Positions 18,006 through 27,152 of a DNA stretch of 64,000 bases are shown here, in pieces. Every line of letters begins with the position of its first letter. Within the stretch, counting starts at the first letter, position 1. The notes beneath the pieces are model-generated. The model was not told where the DNA came from. It did no database searches and was given only the letters and a program-made list of their open reading frames with translations. The translations under genes and the position numbers were made by a program. Source of the DNA: Thermodesulfobacteriota bacterium (GTDB lineage Bacteria > Desulfobacterota > DSM-4660 > Desulfatiglandales > HGW-15); the NCBI GenBank assembly GCA_042573485.1, contig JBHPCX010000002.1, positions 26,984-90,983 on the forward strand. The letters are read 5' to 3'.

Positions 18006-19670
18006 TCACGTTACGGCTTCATCTAGTATCTTTTTTTCAATATCTTTACGCAAGGCTGTTTTGTCCAATTTCCCGACTTTTGTCATCGGCATGCTTTCTG
18101 TAAAAACTATCCGTTCAGGAAGCTGAAGCACGGACGCGTTTTTGGATTTCAAAAATTCAATGATATCTTCAAATGTCAGAGCGGCGCCTCCTTCCGTCTC
18201 GATATAGGCGCAGATCCGTTCTCCCAGGAGCTTGTCAGGCATGGGGATAACTGCTACTACGGAAACACTGGGGTGAAGAATGATCAGCTTTTCAATATCT
18301 GTCGCGCTGATACTTTCGCCTCCACGGTTAATCATCTCTTTGATTCTTCCGCAAAGGGTGATGTAGCCCTCTTCGTCTATTGTCGCCAGATCACCTGTTT
18401 TAAAAAAACCATCTTCATTAAAGATCCTGGAATTCTCTTCAGGGTTTTTATAGTATCCTGAAAATACACTTGGACCCTTTACCAGTAATTCACCGGATTT
18501 TTCCGGCGGTAATTCATTTCCACTGGCATCGACGACTTTGTAAATGTCGTGGGGGAATGTCTGTCTTCCCACCGTACAGCAGATAGTCTCATAATCATCC
18601 GCTCGGCGGGTAATGGTTGTCATGCCCTCTGTTCCACCGTAACCATTGTAATAACATATTCCGAAACGATCCATTATCCCTTTGACCATCTCACGGTGGC
18701 TGGCACCTCCGCCGGAGTGCATTTTTTTGAGGCAACTGAGATCAAAATTGTCAACATCTTCAAACTGCAGCATTTTCTGCGCCAGGCTTGGTACCCAGAT
18801 GACTGAGGTAACATTTTCCCTCTCAATAGTCCTGCATATATCCGCGGTATCCGTTGAACTCTGAAAGACCAGTTTTCCCTGGGTAATTACACTTCCCAGC
18901 ATACCCTTGGAAAAAGAGAGATCGTGCCCCACGGGGCCGGCAATCATATTGATATCTTCGCAGTTCTGGTCCCAGGACATGGAACAGAATTCAACCGCAC
19001 ATGCCAGACTGTTATGGGTGCGGGGTACAATTTTAGGAGCCCCGGTTGTTCCGCCTGTAGGCCCCATGTGGCCAACCTGCCGGGGATCCGGTCTCCTTTC
19101 TGCAAGCATAGACCGGTCATCCTGTGTGAGCTGGTTTTCTTTAATCAACTCTTCAAGGCTCTTGAAATGGGTTCCGTCAACTTTTCCACGGACTGTGATA
19201 ACCTGTTTTATTTGAGGATTATCTTTCAAGACGTCATTGACCATGGGTATGAAATCAAACTTGCTCGTTTTTTGAGGCACAATCCAGGCTGTAGCTCCGG
19301 TAAGCTTCAGCAACCGATCGATTTCAAATTTGCGGTATCTTTCAATCAGGAGGACGGGAATAGCTCCGATCTTCTGACATGCAAAATAAGCGAATATGAA
19401 TTCATTCCAGTTAGGAAGCTGCACCAGGACCCGATCAAGGGGATTAATGCCCATCTTTACCATACCGATTGCTAACCGGTCCGCTTTTTCACGCGCCTGT
19501 CCATAGGTGTAGCGTCCAATCCGGTCCACGAAAGCTTCCTTATTAGGATGTATGTCCGCCGCCCTGTCCAGGTAGTCGCCCAGTGTCAAACCGCGCCACC
19601 AGCCCCGGGTGATGTATTCCTGTTCATCTTCTAATTTATAGGGTATTGCGCCTTCTAAAAGTTTAAACAT
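18006..19670 (-). CDS. AMP-forming acyl-CoA / aryl-CoA ligase (adenylate-forming superfamily)
   Basis: 554 aa with the AMP-binding motifs GPTGGTTGAPK, GYGGTEG and GDLATIDEEGYITLCGRIKEMINRGGE. Confidence 0.8.
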   Translation of the reverse strand: MFKLLEGAIPYKLEDEQEYITRGWWRGLTLGDYLDRAADIHPNKEAFVDRIGRYTYGQAREKADRLAIGMVKMGINPLDRVLVQLPNWNEFIFAYFACQKIGAIPVLLIERYRKFEIDRLLKLTGATAWIVPQKTSKFDFIPMVNDVLKDNPQIKQVITVRGKVDGTHFKSLEELIKENQLTQDDRSMLAERRPDPRQVGHMGPTGGTTGAPKIVPRTHNSLACAVEFCSMSWDQNCEDINMIAGPVGHDLSFSKGMLGSVITQGKLVFQSSTDTADICRTIERENVTSVIWVPSLAQKMLQFEDVDNFDLSCLKKMHSGGGASHREMVKGIMDRFGICYYNGYGGTEGMTTITRRADDYETICCTVGRQTFPHDIYKVVDASGNELPPEKSGELLVKGPSVFSGYYKNPEENSRIFNEDGFFKTGDLATIDEEGYITLCGRIKEMINRGGESISATDIEKLIILHPSVSVVAVIPMPDKLLGERICAYIETEGGAALTFEDIIEFLKSKNASVLQLPERIVFTESMPMTKVGKLDKTALRKDIEKKILDEAVT

Positions 19671-19749
19671 CTATAACCTCATTAAGCATTATTGATACTG
19701 AATACCGAATATTCCGCCATATATTCATGGAAAAGTTATATAAATCTTT

Positions 19750-21870
19750 TTATATCGCACAACCGGCCTCAGCCCCATCTCTCATGGCTTCAACAATCAA
19801 ACCGGGCTCTTTGCAACTTCCTACAACATGGATTTCCTTCACCAGGTCCTTAAACTGGTCAATGACATCATTGTTGGGTGCCCATTCCTGGGTGCTGATG
19901 ATGTTTTTACCTCTCATAATATACTTGCGTTTGTCCTTTAAACTGATCTCGAGTCCTTCGTCGGTGATCTTACGGTACTCAACATCCGACCAGATGGGCA
20001 CATGGTTCTGTTTGAGCCATGGCCATAGACTGACCATATCATCAATGGTCATTCTGTCCCCCAGTTCTTCCTCGGGGCCATTGTGTACCATGACCACACT
20101 GCGATTGCGCTTTGTCAGAAATTCAACAAGTTCACAGCCATGCAGGGTGCCGCCCATAACAACCACGCTTTTTCCCACGGGCATGAAGATTTTGGATAAT
20201 TTTTCCATTTGTGCGGAAGAAAAGAATTTTAAAAAGAATTTTAACATACCGTGCAGCTTCTCGGTTTTAATCACTTTCGGGCTGTCCGCACCCGGTATAT
20301 CAAGGCCGGTATGAGCAGCACCAGCGGCAATAACCAGTACATCAGGGAGCTCATGTTGTACAACTTCCCTTGTTACCTCGGATTTCAAATGGACCTTGAC
20401 CCCTTCTTTTTTCAACTGGGTGGCCAGATACCGGACAAACATGGTCATGTCCTCGGTCTCAAGATCCTTCACAATCGCTGCCAGGGGGATCAATCCACCC
20501 AGGTAACTGTTTTTTTCATAAAGAACAACTTCATGTCCCCGCTGTGCCGCAATACGGGCTGCTTCCATCCCTGATGGACCGCCCCCTATTACTAGGACTT
20601 TCTTTTTCCTGGTGACTGGTTTGGGTTGAAATTCGGGGAGGTGTTCCTTACCCAGGTATGGGTTTGTCCTGCATGCCAGTACCTGGTTCCGATTGCGGCA
20701 ATCAAAACAGTAAAGGCATCCGTTACACCAGCGGATATCATCCATCCGGCCTTCTTTGGCCTTATTCGGCAGGTCCGGATCAGCCAGAAGACGCCTTGTC
20801 ATGCCTACAAAATCAAGGCTGCCCTTTTGAAGATATTCTTCGCCCAGTACAGGGTCCAGCCGGCAGGCAGTCCATACGGGGATTTTAACTCCCTTGGCTT
20901 TTACTGCTTCGCACAGTGGTACTGATGCTCCCCTGCCGTTGCGGCTCCAGTCATAATCTTTTGGCAGATCATCCGGTGGGGCAGGGTAGAGTAGACGGTC
21001 CGGCTGTATCAATCCTCCCCGGTGACCATAGCGTTCGCCCCTCAAATTAATACCGTCCGCCACTTCAGCTACACATTTTACCAGTTCAGTGCCCTCTTCA
21101 AGGGTAGTAGCTTTTGGATGGTTGTACTCCACCGCGTTCATAAGAACATGAATTGCAAACTCGGGTCCGGTTCGCCTTCTTGCTTCTTCTACGCATCGAC
21201 GCAGAAACCGGGTCCGGTTCTCATAACTCTGGGGACCGTATTCGTCAGTTCTTTTATTCCAGATTCGGGAGAGAAAGGTATTGCCCTGGTGGGCAGTGCC
21301 ATGGTTTATCTCACAGGCATCGAATCCCGCTCTGTAGGCTCTTTCTGCCGCACCTGCCCACAAATCGATTTGCTCTTCTAATTCGTCCCTTGTCATTTCA
21401 CGGCAGGGCAGAAAGTCGGGGCCGGGCAGCTCTTCTTCTGTCATGGCTGAAGCGCATTTGATATCCCGGATTTTCATATCCTTCGGAAGCAATCCTGTTG
21501 GGTTCCAGGGACCCGCATGCTGAAATTGTATAGACACTTTGCAATCGTGTTTATGTACTGCATCTGTCAGCTTTTGAAAACCGGGGATCAGCCGGTCATC
21601 GTCCATGTGAAGCTGCACTCCTTCATAATTGCCCTCAGCATCATAATGGACATGCTGTATACCCAGCGGATATTCTGTTCCGCAGGATTCAACTACCAGG
21701 AATCCAACTCCACCTTTAGCCAGACGCTCATAATAGGTGATCATACGTTCGCCGACAGTCTGATCCGGATCTACAAAGGATGTACCGTTGGCGGTTTTTA
21801 TTATTCTGTTCTTTACTTCTATCGGCCCGATCTTTCCAGGCCCAAACAATTTGCGGAACTGACTGCTCAT
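19750..21870 (-). CDS. OYE-family FMN/FAD/[4Fe-4S] oxidoreductase (2-enoate reductase / 2,4-dienoyl-CoA reductase family)
   Basis: 706 aa. N-terminal OYE barrel (QFQHAGPW, NHGTAHQG), Cys cluster CNGCLYCFDC..ACRTNP, and a C-terminal dinucleotide fold VLVIGGGPSGMEAA. Confidence 0.75.
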   Translation of the reverse strand: MSSQFRKLFGPGKIGPIEVKNRIIKTANGTSFVDPDQTVGERMITYYERLAKGGVGFLVVESCGTEYPLGIQHVHYDAEGNYEGVQLHMDDDRLIPGFQKLTDAVHKHDCKVSIQFQHAGPWNPTGLLPKDMKIRDIKCASAMTEEELPGPDFLPCREMTRDELEEQIDLWAGAAERAYRAGFDACEINHGTAHQGNTFLSRIWNKRTDEYGPQSYENRTRFLRRCVEEARRRTGPEFAIHVLMNAVEYNHPKATTLEEGTELVKCVAEVADGINLRGERYGHRGGLIQPDRLLYPAPPDDLPKDYDWSRNGRGASVPLCEAVKAKGVKIPVWTACRLDPVLGEEYLQKGSLDFVGMTRRLLADPDLPNKAKEGRMDDIRWCNGCLYCFDCRNRNQVLACRTNPYLGKEHLPEFQPKPVTRKKKVLVIGGGPSGMEAARIAAQRGHEVVLYEKNSYLGGLIPLAAIVKDLETEDMTMFVRYLATQLKKEGVKVHLKSEVTREVVQHELPDVLVIAAGAAHTGLDIPGADSPKVIKTEKLHGMLKFFLKFFSSAQMEKLSKIFMPVGKSVVVMGGTLHGCELVEFLTKRNRSVVMVHNGPEEELGDRMTIDDMVSLWPWLKQNHVPIWSDVEYRKITDEGLEISLKDKRKYIMRGKNIISTQEWAPNNDVIDQFKDLVKEIHVVGSCKEPGLIVEAMRDGAEAGCAI

Positions 21871-21928
21871 TTTTATCTCCTGCTTTCAGAGAACTTGCAT
21901 ATTAATTCGATAAGGATACAAGTTGGAA

Positions 21929-22846
21929 CTATATATTTTTATCCACAATCTTTGCTGCTGCTTTCAGTGTGGTAACGGTCTTTTTAAGTCCTTCCTGTTC
22001 ATCGGGAGCGAGCTCATACTCCAGAATATCAGATATTCCATCTTTTCCAAGTTTTACAGGAACAGACATGCTGATTCCACTCACACCGTATTCTCCATCC
22101 AGCATGACCGAGCAGGGAATAACCTCGCCGGAGTTCTCAACTACAGCCCTGACGATTTTTTCAAGACCTATGGCACAGGTCCACCCGGCCGTTCTCCCCG
22201 ATTTGAGTTCCTCGTATGTTTTCAGTATATTCGGAATTTCGGAGCGAACACTGGCTTTGATTTCTTCACTCACAGATACTTCTTCACCATCGATACTCGC
22301 GGTACTGAAGAGATATACCTGGGTAGAGCCATGCTCTCCTATTACCGTACCATCCACCTGGCTGACTTTAACCTTGTAGGCCTTGGCAAGCATTTCCCGG
22401 AAACGAAATGAGTCATTGATGGAATAGCCGATCAGTTTTTTAGGATCAAATCCACCACTCAGATAGGTAGCATAGTTCAAAGGATCTACCGGGTTGGTAG
22501 CAGTAATTATAAAGGCGTCGGGACAGTATTGCTTTATGTGACCTGAGATATGCTTTATCAGCTCTATATTATTAGGCAGCATCTCCATCCGGTCGGCGAT
22601 CAGTCCCTGAGGAGCGCCGGCAGCATTAATGACAATATCTGAACCGGCCATATCGCTGTAATCTCCTGCCCGGATGATTATATCTCTTGATGAAACCGCA
22701 GTACTGATATCCATGGCGTGCTGCTGAAGGACATTTTGCCTCTTCCCGCCAATCATTAAAAATTCATCAGCCAGCTTGCTGGCCGCAAGATAAAAGACAG
22801 CCGGAGCTCCTACGCTGCCTCCCGCTCCTATTACCGCAATTTTCAT
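21929..22846 (-). CDS. LDH/MDH-family 2-hydroxyacid dehydrogenase (lactate/malate dehydrogenase-like)
   Basis: 305 aa with MKIAVIGAGGSVGAP, the substrate-loop context DRMEML, and IGEHGSTQV containing the catalytic His. RBS GGGAGGG. Confidence 0.7.
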   Translation of the reverse strand: MKIAVIGAGGSVGAPAVFYLAASKLADEFLMIGGKRQNVLQQHAMDISTAVSSRDIIIRAGDYSDMAGSDIVINAAGAPQGLIADRMEMLPNNIELIKHISGHIKQYCPDAFIITATNPVDPLNYATYLSGGFDPKKLIGYSINDSFRFREMLAKAYKVKVSQVDGTVIGEHGSTQVYLFSTASIDGEEVSVSEEIKASVRSEIPNILKTYEELKSGRTAGWTCAIGLEKIVRAVVENSGEVIPCSVMLDGEYGVSGISMSVPVKLGKDGISDILEYELAPDEQEGLKKTVTTLKAAAKIVDKNI

Positions 22847-23014
22847 ATTCCCTCCCGATTATTGAGTGATAATTTTGTACTGTAAAGTAAATTTTATTGT
22901 CTTCATTCCTGTTTTACGAGGAGAACTAGGCATCCGAATATATATCATGGACATGTATCATGTCAATAAGAAGGGATGGTTTTTCTTGCTGGAGTGAATA
23001 GCAATTGTCAGCTT

Positions 23015-23584
23015 TTATTCACGGATTAAATTATTAATATATTCAACAACTTCCGGGGATGTCCAGTCAAGCGCTCCTTCAATTTTTCCATCAACAATTC
23101 CATCTTTACGGATAATAAAACTTTCAGGAACACCTGTAGTCCTGTACAGTTCCATGATGCTTCCTTCAGGGTCAACAAGGACAGGGAAACTGAGCTTATT
23201 TCTTTCCATAAAAGGAACTATAACACTCTCTCCACCCTCATCAATGCTGACAGTTAATAACTTGAAATCATCATCTTTAAACCTTTTATTAAGTTTTTCC
23301 AGTGACGGGGCTTCAGCCACACAGGGGGGACACCAGGTGGCCCATATATTTAAAAGCACGACTTTACCCCTGTAATCATCAAGGCTGACTGATTCACCAT
23401 CAAGCCCCGGGAGGGTGAAGTTTGGAGCGGGAATGCTTTCTTCAGTAATTGGCTCATCTTCATAAACAAGCTGGTTTTCCCAGCGCATTAATATAAAGAT
23501 AACTACTATTATTATGGCAAGAGGAATAAACAGGATTAATCCCGTGTTCATTTTTTTCCCTGATTGAGATTCTTTTTCTTCCAT
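23015..23584 (-). CDS. Membrane-anchored thioredoxin-fold thiol:disulfide oxidoreductase (TlpA/ResA-like)
   Basis: 189 aa with one N-terminal TM helix and WATWCPPC. Confidence 0.75.
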   Translation of the reverse strand: MEEKESQSGKKMNTGLILFIPLAIIIVVIFILMRWENQLVYEDEPITEESIPAPNFTLPGLDGESVSLDDYRGKVVLLNIWATWCPPCVAEAPSLEKLNKRFKDDDFKLLTVSIDEGGESVIVPFMERNKLSFPVLVDPEGSIMELYRTTGVPESFIIRKDGIVDGKIEGALDWTSPEVVEYINNLIRE

Positions 23585-23797
23585 TCTTTTAACCTGGTGT
23601 TATATTATTTCAGGTAATAGACTGCCGCTTGAAATGCTGAAAGGGTAATATATAGATAAACAGCTTTGAAATCAACCGTGAAGAGGGGGCTGATAATAGA
23701 AATCATGAGGCAGTCATACAAATAAAAACATTGGAAAGCTAGGAGGATGGGATGCTGGGCACGGGATGCTTGATGCTGGCAGACTAGCCAGCAGTGT

Positions 23798-23826
23798 GTC
23801 ATTCCCGCGGAGGCGGGAATCCATTT
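23798..23826 (+). repeat. REP-like palindromic element, copy 6
   Basis: GTCATTCCCGCGGAGGCGGGAATCCATTT. Confidence 0.8.
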
Positions 23827-23840
23827 GGATTACTGTAAAA

Positions 23841-23869
23841 AATTGGATCCCCGCTTCCGCGGGGATGAC
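23841..23869 (-). repeat. REP-like palindromic element, copy 7 (variant, inverted)
   Basis: AATTGGATCCCCGCTTCCGCGGGGATGAC. It forms an inverted pair with copy 6, separated by 14 nt. Confidence 0.7.
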
Positions 23870-24033
23870 GTGTTCGATAGTTTTTCGAATGAGCTAGATA
23901 TTATCTTTATAATTAATTGATAAAAATCAGAGATGTTAAGCATAAACTTGTCAATTATTTTAGGACGAAACATCTTTTCACATTGCAGGCTTAAGGAAAT
24001 ACAGGGAAGCAAAATCGCAGGTAAAGCTATCTA

Positions 24034-25413
24034 ATGAAAGATTTTAAAAACAATCAGGAAAAGGAGAGCAGGAGCGAAGCAATGGGTAAGGATCCTGTTT
24101 GGCGCCTGCTCTTTCATTTTTCCGGCCCGGCTCTTATTTCAATGACAGTGGCTTCGACCTATAACCTGGTTGATGCAATATTTGTCGGACGCCTGGGTGC
24201 AGGTGCACTGGCAGCCATGACGGTGACATATCCCTTACTGCTATCATTTATAGCAGTTGCCTCGGGCACGGCTGTTGGAGTTACTTCACTCATTTCAAGG
24301 CGCCTTGGTGCAGGGGAAAAGAAAAGCGCTGATATGGCTGCCTGCGTTTCCATAACCCTCTGCTTTATTTTGAGCGCTGTTATCGCATTTGTATGCCTGC
24401 CTAATATTGAGAGTATACTGGTTATTCTGGGCGCAGGGGATGTCGTTCTTCCTCTGGCAACAAAATATACGTCTATCCTGATTAAATTTGTTATTTTTTC
24501 TTTTCTGTTCATGATCCTCGGCAGCATCATCAGGGCTGATGGTAACCCTGTTTTTACCAGCTCAGTCAGTGTATTTTCCTCCATAATGAATATCATCCTT
24601 GATCCTGTTTTTATCTTCGGCTTCGGACCGATACCAGCCATGGGTATTTCAGGTGCAGCAACAGCTACTGTAATCGCTCAGGCTATTAGTACAATTATTT
24701 ATCTCATCTATATTTTGCTTAACAAAACCGGTTATGAATTCCGTCCGGCCTATTTTCTGCCATATCCAAAAGTTATAGCCGATATATATCGAATCGGTGT
24801 GGCTTCAATTGTCAGGTCGGGAGTCCAGTTTCTCGTAATGGGAATTATAAACAGAAAGGCAGCCTTTTTCGGTGTTATTCCACTGGCTGTTATCGGCATT
24901 CTTATACGTATGGGCCGGTTTGTCCAGATGCCTTCTATCGGACTGGGACAGGGGCTACTGCCGCTTATAGGGTATAATTACGGGGCGCGTAAAAAGGAGA
25001 GAGTAGCTGAGCTGGTATTAAAGGCGGCCATATCCGGGATCACCTGGTCAGTATTATGCTGGACGATAATCATGCTGTTCCCCGGCCTTCTTATGAATTT
25101 GTTCAATTCTGATCCGGCCTTTCTAAATGAAGGTATTCCCGCGGCCCGAATATATTTTATATGTATCTTTATACTCGGCGTTCAGATGATCCCGGGATTC
25201 TTTTTCCAGGGTATCGGAAAAGGACTACCGGCAACGGTCCTGTCATCTGCCAGGCATATTTTTTTCCTTTTACCCATGGTCCTCCTGTTGCCACGCTTAT
25301 ATGGTTTGAAAGGTTTATGGATATCTTTTCCAATTGCCGATATTCTGACATTTCTTCTTGGTATCTTCTGGATCAGTATGGAATTCAGGAGGCAGGGGAT
25401 ACTCTTTAGATAG
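24034..25413 (+). CDS. MATE-family multidrug/toxic-compound efflux transporter
   Basis: 459 aa with about 12 predicted TM segments. N-terminus LLFHFSGPALISMTVASTYNLVDAIFVGRLG is typical of MATE proteins. Confidence 0.75.
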   Translation: MKDFKNNQEKESRSEAMGKDPVWRLLFHFSGPALISMTVASTYNLVDAIFVGRLGAGALAAMTVTYPLLLSFIAVASGTAVGVTSLISRRLGAGEKKSADMAACVSITLCFILSAVIAFVCLPNIESILVILGAGDVVLPLATKYTSILIKFVIFSFLFMILGSIIRADGNPVFTSSVSVFSSIMNIILDPVFIFGFGPIPAMGISGAATATVIAQAISTIIYLIYILLNKTGYEFRPAYFLPYPKVIADIYRIGVASIVRSGVQFLVMGIINRKAAFFGVIPLAVIGILIRMGRFVQMPSIGLGQGLLPLIGYNYGARKKERVAELVLKAAISGITWSVLCWTIIMLFPGLLMNLFNSDPAFLNEGIPAARIYFICIFILGVQMIPGFFFQGIGKGLPATVLSSARHIFFLLPMVLLLPRLYGLKGLWISFPIADILTFLLGIFWISMEFRRQGILFR

Positions 25414-25527
25414 GTTCAGGATAATGCTGCAATAGCTATATGAAATCATTTTAAACAGCATTCAGGCTGCTTTTACATCAGGTGTTAATGCAAAATCTGC
25501 TGGAATTATAATGTGTTAAAATATTGA

Positions 25528-25543
25528 TGTGACCAAATGTGAC
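25528..25543 (+). repeat. Two TGTGAC direct repeats 10 bp apart (same motif as 55282-55319)
   Basis: gaTGTGACcaaaTGTGACag in an AT-rich non-coding gap. Confidence 0.3.
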
Positions 25544-26264
25544 AGATTTTTTATGAAATTTGTGTTTTATAGCCTCATTTAAATGTATCAAAAAGTGTGG
25601 ACTTCTTATCGTTATACGCACTTTTAAGACATGTTAAGGTTACTAATACCAAAGGTTAGTCTAACCTTTTCAAATACTGAGTTCAAGGTCATATATGTTG
25701 AAGATATCCAAAGTTTTAAACCGTATTGGAAACTGGGGATACATAGAGCAGATACATGCAATTCCAAGATATGACTTATTTGGGAAGTCTGAACTTTAGG
25801 AAAAGTGAAGATCAGTGCCACAAGTCATAAGTATAGAGTCAATCAAAGATCTCATTTACTTATATTATTCTTCTTTTCCAACATTACAATTGGATATTTT
25901 TCATTGCTTGATACAATTTGGGCACAGTAAGGGAATATTTAATTTTTCAAGATAAAAACCGGAATTTTAGCTTCTTTTTTTAACCTTTTTAGAATTATCA
26001 GTTCCTCAAATACGATTTGAATAAGATATCCTTTTTTTCAATCAACAAAATTTCAATCTTTTCAATATGAACTTATTTATATGGATTTTATTGTTTTTTT
26101 TCAGAAAGCTTTAAAAAATTTCAGTTAATCATTTCTGATACTTTAATCTCTGTTAATCCATATTTACTAACAATGAGAGCGCAGGTTTAAAAAACGGAAT
26201 ATAAAGTTCTTGTTTTCCGAACATCCTTAATATCTTATGTTGTCATTTCAATATGTTATGATCA

Positions 26265-26280
26265 TGGCACGCTGATTGCT
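26265..26280 (+). promoter_or_regulatory. Sigma-54 (-24/-12) promoter
   Basis: TGGCAC-gctga-TTGCT, a perfect match to the TGGCAC-N5-TTGCW consensus. It lies 94 nt upstream of the ATG at 26374, at the end of a 960-bp AT-rich ORF-free gap. Confidence 0.7.
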
Positions 26281-26373
26281 CTGTATAGAATGTGTTTATG
26301 AAGTTATCCGGAATAGTTATTTAAAACGCCGGACATTTTAAATAATAAAAAAAATGATACAGGAGAAATAAAT

Positions 26374-26784
26374 ATGAAAACAAAGGGCAAATATATCCTA
26401 AGTTACCTTAGTATTATTTTAATAACAGTTATTGCTGTCGGAACAGCCTGTTCGGCTGACAAAAACAAGACTATCGAGGGAATAGTAAATGACACTTACG
26501 AGATAGTTACAGACGACGATGAAGTATACTATATTACTGACAATGAGAAGGGCGAACAGATAATGGATCATGTCGGTCAAAGAGTACAAGCAACCGGTAT
26601 TATTAAGTATGATGAAGACATGGATAGCAACACAATAACTATTGAAAAATTCAGTGTAATTGAAGATAAGGGTGCTATCGAAGATGAAGGTGATTTTGAT
26701 GTAATAGATGATGAGGAAGATTTTGATATAATCGATGATGAAGATAATATTAACATAGTTGAAGAAGAGGATGATGAGGAATAA
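26374..26784 (+). CDS. Exported small protein: signal peptide, about 65-aa conserved core, then a hyper-acidic repeat tail
   Basis: 136 aa. RBS CAGGAGA. Signal peptide MKTKGKYILSYLSIILITVIAVGTAC (possible lipobox Cys). 24 of the last 40 residues are D or E, including the tandem DFDVIDDEE/DFDIIDDED encoded by a 27-nt duplication at 26692-26745. Confidence 0.7.
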   Translation: MKTKGKYILSYLSIILITVIAVGTACSADKNKTIEGIVNDTYEIVTDDDEVYYITDNEKGEQIMDHVGQRVQATGIIKYDEDMDSNTITIEKFSVIEDKGAIEDEGDFDVIDDEEDFDIIDDEDNINIVEEEDDEE

Positions 26785-26818
26785 TAGTTCCCAGATTATT
26801 CAAAGACCTCCTGTAGAC

Positions 26819-26851
26819 AGGGAAGATGTTGAATATCTTCCCTTTTCTATT
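26819..26851 (+). terminator. Intra-operon intrinsic terminator / attenuator hairpin
   Basis: aGGGAAGAT-gttgaat-ATCTTCCCt followed by TTTTCTATT, sitting between the first and second genes of the operon. Confidence 0.5.
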
Positions 26852-26879
26852 ATCAAGAAAAATAGATAGGAAAATAAAA

Positions 26880-27143
26880 ATGGAAAGTAACAGAGATAAT
26901 ACCATGACCATTACAGGTATAATCTATCCCTCAAAGCGGGATAATAAGGGAAAAATAATAGAAGTGCTAATAGACTCACTTGATGATGACCAGGAGACAT
27001 ATTTAGTTTTCCCGGGCAAAAGAAGCGTAGGACTGTTTGAGTCGCTTAATAAAAAAGTAGAAGTTTGTGGGAATCTCAGGGAAGATGAAAAAGGCAATTT
27101 AATATTAAATGTGAAAACATTTAAAAACCTGGAAGACACCTAG
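26880..27143 (+). CDS. Small cytoplasmic protein, paralog of the core of the 26374 product and of the 47866 product
   Basis: The track ORF is 26826-27143, but the ATG at 26826 lies inside the terminator hairpin, so I prefer the ATG at 26880 (88 aa). The core is TITGIIYPSKRDNKGKIIEVLIDSLDDDQETYLVFPGKRSVGLFESLNKKVEVCGNLREDEKGNLILNVKTFKNLED. Confidence 0.55.
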   Translation: MESNRDNTMTITGIIYPSKRDNKGKIIEVLIDSLDDDQETYLVFPGKRSVGLFESLNKKVEVCGNLREDEKGNLILNVKTFKNLEDT

Positions 27144-27152
27144 GGAGTAATA

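Noticed and set aside
17444-18103. 219-aa plus-strand ORF
   Set aside because: It is antisense to the OFOR gamma subunit and the 3-prime end of the CoA ligase, with no motifs. It is a shadow ORF.
23605-24012. Two 60-65-aa minus-strand ORFs between the TlpA-like and MATE genes
   Set aside because: They flank or overlap the REP inverted pair. They have no RBS and no motifs, so the region is most likely non-coding.
25624-25821. 65-aa minus-strand ORF in the AT-rich gap
   Set aside because: It has no RBS, implausible composition and no neighbours on that strand.
26826-26879. Upstream ATG start for the second operon gene
   Set aside because: The ATG at 26826 sits inside the stem of the terminator hairpin with GGGAAG immediately adjacent, so there is no spacer. 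The extra residues (MLNIFPFLLSRKIDRKIK) look non-native, and I prefer 26880.
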